Of a DNA stretch of 54,795 nt, positions 47,506 to 54,795 are shown piece by piece. Within the stretch, counting starts at the first letter, position 1, and every line of letters starts with the position of its first letter. The stretch covers positions 62,001 to 116,795 of the forward strand of contig CAUYUJ010000209.1 in NCBI GenBank assembly GCA_963575745.1, read 5' to 3'. The DNA is from Prorocentrum cordatum (Eukaryota). Under the pieces are notes generated by a model. It made no database searches. It saw only the letters and a program-made list of their open reading frames with translations, and was not told where the DNA came from. Made by a program: the position numbers and the translations under genes.

Positions 47506-47735
47506 CTGTTTGATCAGATGGTCAAGATGGACTGACCAATATGGAGTATCATCTTCATCTTCTCCTATCCCAGTAGACCCCTTTCACAACATTTTGTTGG
47601 ATACGATGGCATCTTAATGTGACGGACGACATGGCGGCGCGCGCCGCTCGTTTTACCACCTACGCAGAGCCAGCGGCACTCCGCAAAATAATTTGAATCG
47701 AACGCGCGTGGCGGCACGCGCAGGGAGGGCAAAAG
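47506..47735 (-). pseudogene. Diverged copy 2 of the same 5' end
   Basis: GCCGCCATGTCGTCCGTC at 47632 and a shared aaggggtcta..taggaga..atgaaga segment. Frameshifted. Confidence 0.5.
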
Positions 47736-47769
47736 TGGGCAGGAGTGAGCGTAAGGAATCGACTGAAAG

Positions 47770-47823
47770 AAAGAGAGAGAGAGAGGGAGAGAGAGAGAGA
47801 GAAACGCACACACACACACACAG

Positions 47824-47903
<80 letters not shown>

Positions 47904-47925
47904 ACACACACACACACACACACAC
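47770..47925. repeat. (GA)n(CA)n(CACG)n compound microsatellite
   Basis: Direct reading. Confidence 0.95.
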
Positions 47926-50648
47926 TTGTTCCTCCAGCGACGGTGGCGGCACAGTGCCGACGTGCTGAGTCGAGTCACGCTTCGGCGAATTACCACCCGG
48001 CGAAGCAGATGGGTGGTCTGGATGGGGGCAGACGCTTGCGGAAAAACGCGAAAACGCGCATGCACGTGGAAAACCGAGAGACACACAAACACTTCCCAGA
48101 TGCTTTAGCGTTGACGCAACCAGCGGTCGGGCACAGGCGCAAGCGCGCCAGCGAAACCCGAAGGAGTGTTGTGAGGAATGCGCTCGATGAGAAATACATA
48201 TGAAGAACTGTTAAAACAGAATTGCCTTGAGGTCGGCGTGGGTTTCTCGAATCGGCGCTGGATCCCATCCCTGGCGCACGGAACGTGCCGGGGGCGGCGC
48301 CGTAGGCACCGCCAGTGGGCCCAACGCCGATCCACAAAATCCGTGCGGACCTCCGAGGAAGTATGTTCATCCCGTTTTTTTGCTCGTCGACTCGAGCGCA
48401 AGCAATTTTCTCTGGGGTCGTGGGCGGGCAAGTGTGAGCAGATGGGAACAGTCGAATGAGTGCCACGCAGCGGACCTGGCAGGTGCCACGCACAACTGGC
48501 GAGACAACGGTTGCGGCAATGGGCCCGAGCGAAGCCAGGAGGAAGCGAGAGGAAGACGAGACGACCACGACGGAGCGACAAGGCGAGGCCGAAGCCAAGG
48601 AAGGCGAGAGAGAGAGAGAGAGAAGCGAACGACGACGACAACGAGGGCCAAGGAGAGGGACAGGGCTGACAAGGGCTCACGCGTCGCACCCAGCGAATTG
48701 GGAAAAGAAGCGCAGATGCCCCAGCTGCTGGACATCTGGCGGATGCTCAAACAACTGCATCGGGGAAGCCCCTTGCGGGCGCGAACGACAAGAAGTAGAA
48801 GGACAAGAACCAACCACGACGGAAGTGTCGGGAAGCGCGAAGCCCGAACGTGACGACTGGCATTCTGAGCTGCCTTAACAAATGGTGGCAACAACTGCGG
48901 CAGCCAGGCGAACAAGAGGCGCCCGCGCCAAGAAAGAGCAACCGCCCAAAAAGCGGGCCCGACTCACCGCCAGAGGGGAAAAAACAGCAGCAGCCACGGG
49001 CGTCCGACATCCAGCGTCGTGATGATTTCGCAGCGTGGCTCCGCACGAGTCTGGGCCCCCTCCTGGGAACCCGACCGTCCCAGGGGTCCCGGTAAGGGCC
49101 CCCCGTAGGCCCAAATAGCAGTTCTTGTGACAGCCGCGACGCCAGGATGTCAGGGGCCGGGAGCGGAGAAGCACGGGGCCGGTAGAGAGTCGGGCGTCGG
49201 CAGAACTGGGTTTAGAAGAACCTGGTTACGTGATCTGTACCGGGGGCGCCCCCCGTCCCATCTCCACTAACCGGAGCTGCCGTCACACGAAAAACACCCA
49301 ATTACGGCAAACCTGGTTTAGTGAATCTGGCCAATTCCAGGGCCCCGGGGCCCTACCACGAACCGGGTCCCCTTCCCCGGGGTCCTGGCTCTAACCGAGA
49401 GGGGTGCGCAGCGGAAGCTGGCCAGGGGCACAAGGGAAACAGGCGCCGCCTCGCGGCGGCCGAACGGCGGAGAGAGACTGCAGCACCCGCGGCCGCTGAG
49501 CAGGGCGCTGGGTCCGAGGCGAAGTCCTGCGAGCAGCCGCGAGGATCAGCCGAGCCGGCGGAGCAGGGGGAAGAGGCACGAGCAGAGGCGACAACAGCGA
49601 GGAGAGAGACTGGGCGCTGCGCGGAGCAGCTCATCGACATGGAAAAGCTGCCCCAAAACCTATCTGACAGACCACACGCTAACTCTTGTTCCCCTCCCCG
49701 TCCATCCCCTCACCCCTCTCTTATCCGACCATCCCATTCCAACGGTCGAGAACTGTTGTTTAGCGTGTCGCGGCGGCGGCCCCGGCGACACGCCATGCCC
49801 AGCGAGTGGACAACGTGTCGCTCCGCTCCGCGGGGCGGGAGGCTGGGAAAAGCTCGGAACGTGGACGCATGGTGACCGAGAAGTTGTCAACGTGTCACGC
49901 CGAGGTGCGGTGGGCCAGAACCGCAAGCGCAACATGATTCCACTGCTTTGTCTTACTAGTTACACTTGTTTCTATTACTATTGTTCGCCTTAGTAGCGTT
50001 GTTATCCTTATTGTTGTTCGTATGATTATGTTTGCTCGTCGATCGTTGCCCCTGGCTTTCAGGTCACACCTAGGCTCTCAGGCGGCCGTTCGGGACGATT
50101 CGAGCACCCCCAGAATGCTCTCGGCGAAGCGCAGCTGCTGGAAAACAGCCCGAGGCCAGAAACAAGCCGAGAACAAACGAACACGTCCGAAAACCGCGAA
50201 TCTCGACCCCTCGTCCTCGGGCCTTCCTGACCATTCCTTCCCCCCAGCGATGGGCCCGGGTCACCGCCGATGAGGGACGGCGGCGAGCCATCGCTCGCGG
50301 AGGGCGCGCGCGCGCGGGGGACGGGGGTTGCTGCCCCGGCCTTTCGCGCCGCGGGTGTGCAACACGTACTGCGCGCGTGCGGCCGCCTCCTCCACCTTGC
50401 GGATCTCCTGCGCGGGCAGCCGCGAGGGGGTCAATCCGCGTTTCTTCTTCGGCATTAGCTCCTCGTCGCGTCATCCCCGTCGCCCCTGGGCGCCACCTCC
50501 TCTTCCTCCTCCTCCTCCATCCTCCTCCTCCACGCCCCTCTTTATTGAGAGATTGCACGGAGGGCGGCTCCCCGCGCGCGACCCGAAGAGTTGCGGCCGC
50601 CACCCGCGGGGATGATGTCTGCGGCCCAGCGGGAGGTGCTCTGAAGGT

Positions 50649-53600
50649 ATGCCTTTCCTGAGAATGTGTGGATCCAATCCTCAACATACGTCAGGTGAAC
50701 GCCTTCCTGAACTCCTGGAGGAAACAAGGAATTCCGATCTGGTTCTTCTGGCAGGTACTCAGCAGGTGGAACACAATTCTCTCGCCCCGCATGTTCACAG
50801 CACGAGTTGTGCTGAGCGCTGGCAAAATGTGTATCACTGGTCCGTACTTCCCATCGCCGTTCAGCAACCACAGCTGTGGCTGCTCACTCGCCTTCGGCCC
50901 GCAGGTGCAAGCTCGACACCTACTTCGGACGTGGGCGCCTCCGCCAGAGGCGCGAGGCAGAGCGGTTGCAGCAAGAGTGAAGTGCGGCTCGGTTGACATG
51001 TGTGGCATAGTATGTTATCCCCCACCCCGTCCGAAGTCACGTGCTGAACATGGAGGTTTTTTCAAGACTGTGGCGAGGTTGGTTGCACGGCTCACGGCCA
51101 TATTGTGCTCTTCCAGTTCGCTGCACGCCGATCGTTGTTTGCGGTCTGAATGATGGTAGTGGTGAAGTTACATCGGACGGAGTGTAGTCGCCAGTTGATT
51201 CTCCAATAGTGGGCATGCCGATCGAGTTATGTGTGAACGATGCAGGTCACCGGATGCGTATGCTGATGGAGACTCAGGAGCTCCCGGCCGCGAACACGTT
51301 CGGGCCTGAGATTGAATGCGCGTGTTTGGGCACTAGTGAGAAGTCACGAATTGATCGTTTCCCAACCATCCTGTGGTGCTGGGTCCTCGTTTTGAAAGGA
51401 CAGCGCAACGCGTCTCCTCCTCCTTCCTTCCTCCTCGCCCCTTCTCCCTCCTCTCTCCTCCGCAGTTCGCATGCGTCTCTCCCACCCAGTACAACGTTTC
51501 GTGGCCCCAGCGGAGGCTCCAACGACGGTCCCAATGGCGAAGTCCGCATGAGGTTCCTGCGCCCAGTGCAACGTTTCGTGGCCCCAGAGGGAGCTACAAC
51601 GACGGTACCAGTAGCGCAGTCCACATGCGGTTCCTGCGCACAGTGCAGAGTTTGGGTCCCAAGAGGGAGCTGCACCGAAGGTTCCAGTGGCGCAGTCCGC
51701 ATGCGGCTCCTGCGCCCACTACAACGTTTCGTGGCCCCAGAGGGAGCTCCACTGAAGGTTCCAGTGGCGCAGTCCGCATGCGGTTCCTGCCCCCAGTGCA
51801 ACGCTTCGTCTCCCCAGAGGGAGCTCCACCGAAGGTCCCAGGTAGCGCAGTTCGAATGCGGTTCCCCCACCCAATACACCGCGTCGTGGCCCCAGCGGGA
51901 GCTCCACCGAAGGTCCCTGTGGCGCAGTCCGCATGCGGATCCTGCGCCGAGTGCGGCGCTTCGTGGCCCCAGGGGGAGCTCCACAGAAGTTGCGGTTCCA
52001 GTGGCGCAGTCCGCATGCGGTTCCTGCGCGCAGCGCAGCGTTTCGTGGCCCCAGGGGGAGCTCCACCGAAGGTTCCAGTGGCGAAGTCCGCATGCGGTCC
52101 CCGCGCCCAGTACAGCGCTTCGTGGCCCCAGAGGGAGCTCCACCGAAGGTCCCAGGGGCTCAGTCCGCATGCGGTTCCCCCGCCCAGTACAGCGCCTCCT
52201 GCCCCAGAAGGAGCTCCACCGAAGGTTCCAGTGGCGCAGTCCGCACGTGGCTCCCCGCCCACTACAGCGTTTCGTGGTCCCAGAGGGAGCTCCACCGAAG
52301 GTCGCAGGTGGCGCAGTCCGCATGCGTTTCCCCCACCCAATAGGGCGTTTCGTGGCACAGAGGGAGCTCCACGGAAGACGATGCCCACAATTGCTCACAA
52401 CTGCATATGGTTGGGTTGTTCGCCAGGCTATGTATGATTCGGTGTCTACGTGTCGGGCACATCTCCGCCCGGGCGCCAAGCGGCATGCGATTCGAAGAGC
52501 ATCATCTCGTGATCATGTCCCTGTGGCGGCTGTCCTGCGGCATGGGAAACACGGCGGCACTGTCGACGCATCTCTCACTCGAGAACGATGAGAGCGTGAA
52601 GCACGAGTGCGCGCACAGTGCTTGGAGACGCTCAAGACCAGATGCGATCCTCTCCACCTGCAGTGGTTCAGAGACAATGCGTCCCCCGAGGAGAACTTCG
52701 AGGAGCTGGAGCGAGTCTTGGCGGAGGCAGGCCAGGCTTGTTTTACCCATTCACATGGAATCTCGTCCTGGATATTCGGCCGATTGTCTGGGCGTGGGCA
52801 CTCTTCTGGCACGGCGAGCCCAGCTTCGGAGTGCCAAGGACCAAGCATCACCTGAGGAAGCCCTCTTCGCCTTGACCATGAACTGAAGGAGTGAACCCGC
52901 CAGCTCACATAGATCAACGCCACGTGACCCGGAGGCCGAGAACTCAACTTGCCCGCGAGGCTGTCGATCTGTGGCATCAGGGGCGCGCGGCAGAGGGGAT
53001 GAAACTGACCGGGCGCGCAGCTGGCACGCGGCACGGGCCCGAACGTCACGATGGTCGTTTAGTTCGCCGCACCCCCCTAGCCGAGAAGCTCGACTCGAAG
53101 CCTTGGGGCAAGTCTGGGCCTGAGGGCGGCGGGGAGGTGGTCGTATATTCTTGGCAGAACTGGAGGGACTCTCGGGTGGACACTGGCGTCTTCTTCTCCG
53201 ACATTTCGAATGAGGAGGCCTTGGAGCTCGTCGGAGAAGATATTCACGAAATTCGCAGATACGCCAGGAGGGCACCTGAGAGAAAGTCGGTTCCTGCGGG
53301 GACCGCGCCTCTGGAGTTCTGGCACCAGTGCACGTGGCCAAACTACAGAGTTCGTTCTCGGGCTTGGCTAGGAGCTGCAGCGAAAATCGCGCCGCAGGGC
53401 TCCTGGTCTCTTCTTAGTCCGGGGCTGGCAAAAATGCGGGAGCACCAGGGGGTGTCTTTATACTGGAACAAATCTCAGGGCGCGAACATCCCAAAGTGGC
53501 TGGAGGAAGGACCCAGGGGGGTTCGCGCGGTTCACGTTCTGCCGTTCGCAGGCAAGTCCTGCTGTGCTAAGAAGCTGAAGGTTACTCCAACGGTGGCCGA

Positions 53601-53731
53601 CCATGCTTGCGTAAAACATCAACGACGGGAAAATGCTGCGATGACGAGCTTAACAACAGCGTGGCGGGCTAAATGATTGGGGATCACATATTGCGACACG
53701 TTTAAGGACATGAGCGATGCATTTGCAAGTT
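50649..53731 (+). mobile_element. Decayed non-LTR (LINE-like) retrotransposon ORF2: APE endonuclease plus N-terminal part of reverse transcriptase
   Basis: APE-like motifs LRMCGSNP, DLVLLAGTQ, GRAVAARVK..GIVCYPPP, ELPAANTF, SRID, RDHVPV. RT-like motifs WNKSQGANIPK, RAVHVLPFAGK, RRENA, FKDMSDAFAS. Frameshifts and stops are present. Confidence 0.75.
51360..52415 (-). mobile_element. Same minisatellite-carrying element, copy 2, inserted in the LINE endonuclease
   Basis: Short TIR cccaaccat/atggttggg. The units are diverged reverse complements of copy 1. It splits the APE segment SRID|..SSRDHVPV. Confidence 0.85.
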
Positions 53732-53734
53732 CGA

Positions 53735-54228
53735 CCCGGTCTGACTCGGACCCGTCAGTTTCTCATGCGGCAGCTGACCGAAATGAATGACGTCAGCGCT
53801 ACCGCTCGGCCACGATTAAACTGGGCGCGCAGGACGGGAAATGGAGGTGTTTGCGTGTCAGTGGATCTGTTTTTGCGGAGTTGGGCGCCCTGGCGCGGAC
53901 GGCCGAACGACCCCTGCAGCGCGACACCCTGGCCACACGGTCGCCGCCGCAAAAACTGCCCGTTCAACGCTGGCGCCGCGCAAAGGAGGCGCCGAACGTG
54001 GACGGCGCGGAGAAAATTGCACTTGTATGCCAGGGGGTACGCCGCGGGCCCTTCTAGATGAGTTAGGGAAACTGGACGGCGTATAAGACGAAGCTCCACC
54101 GCTTTATGGACACGGACAAGACATTAGCAGGGAAGAGATGTTACTTCATTTCGCACGTCATGATTACGCCGCGCGTCGCGCGCTCCGGGCCTGCAGATCT
54201 ATTATCCCGGGGACTGTGTCGGACTGGG
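53735..54228. mobile_element. Probable TIR element truncating the RT remnant
   Basis: Imperfect inverted ends cccggtctgactcggacccg and ggggactgtgtcggactggg, starting right after DAFAS. Confidence 0.4.
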
Positions 54229-54795
54229 CTCGCCACCTGGGCCCCCCCCTGTAATCCCGGGGCACTGCGCATCGCGAAATGAATTGATGCTGCGAGATGG
54301 CAAGGAAGGCGCGCCATCGATTGGGGGAGCTCTGTCATCAGCACTACATCCCCAGGCCGAAAGTTTTTTCTTCTTGGACTAAAAATGTGAGAATTGCGCG
54401 GATCCAGTTTCCTGCGTGTTATTTTTTTATACATAAAAAACGATGAATCCATTTATTTCGCGGAAACATATAATAATACTTAACATCCGGGACCCAGGGG
54501 ACATGGGATCCGCGGAGCACCGCAAGTGAAGCATCATGCTATCCACGGAGCTGTGCATATGCAGACCAATGCTATGATTCTACGTGGGAGGGGGTCTTCC
54601 CAGGATGAAGAGGGGAAGGATGAGGGAAGAGACAAGAGGAGGTGGGAGGAGAACAGAGGGGACGCAGGGGGGGGGGAGAGAGGAGAAATAATCAGGGAAG
54701 AGGGGGGGAGGAGGAAGGAAGAGGAGAAGGAGGAGGAGAAGGAGGATGAGGGAGGAGGGAGGAGAGAGGAGGGAGGCGGACGGACGAAGGAGGAA

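Noticed and set aside
51209..52591. 460-aa intact ORF
   Set aside because: It is read-through of LINE endonuclease fragments across an inserted tandem-repeat element.

Overview
Eukaryotic, GC-rich, repeat-saturated DNA. It is most likely a core dinoflagellate nucleus; this is inferred from GC-AG introns, AG|G acceptors and relic spliced-leader (SL) sequence. Most ORFs in the track are translations of microsatellites and minisatellites. One gene is well supported: a minus-strand anoctamin/TMEM16-family gene at 36581-41448 (6 exons, about 1090 aa). Four of its five interruptions are small transposon-like elements with target-site duplications (TSDs). For three of them the splice sites are built from the TSD and the element end, so splicing restores the reading frame exactly (introners). 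Sibling copies of these element families sit outside the gene in the same window, and together they define a T[C/G]...GA-ended group with 5-bp TSDs. The gene also has relic SL sequence upstream, an extra signal peptide plus TM segment, and has lost the acidic Ca2+-binding residues of TM7/TM8. The rest of the window holds a decayed APE+RT non-LTR retrotransposon interrupted by a minisatellite-carrying element, several MITE families (one flanked by 46-67 bp direct repeats), an inverted pair of (TTAGCT)n-carrying elements, dispersed minisatellites, large CAT/TAG/CCT tracts and a few low-confidence minus-strand exons.
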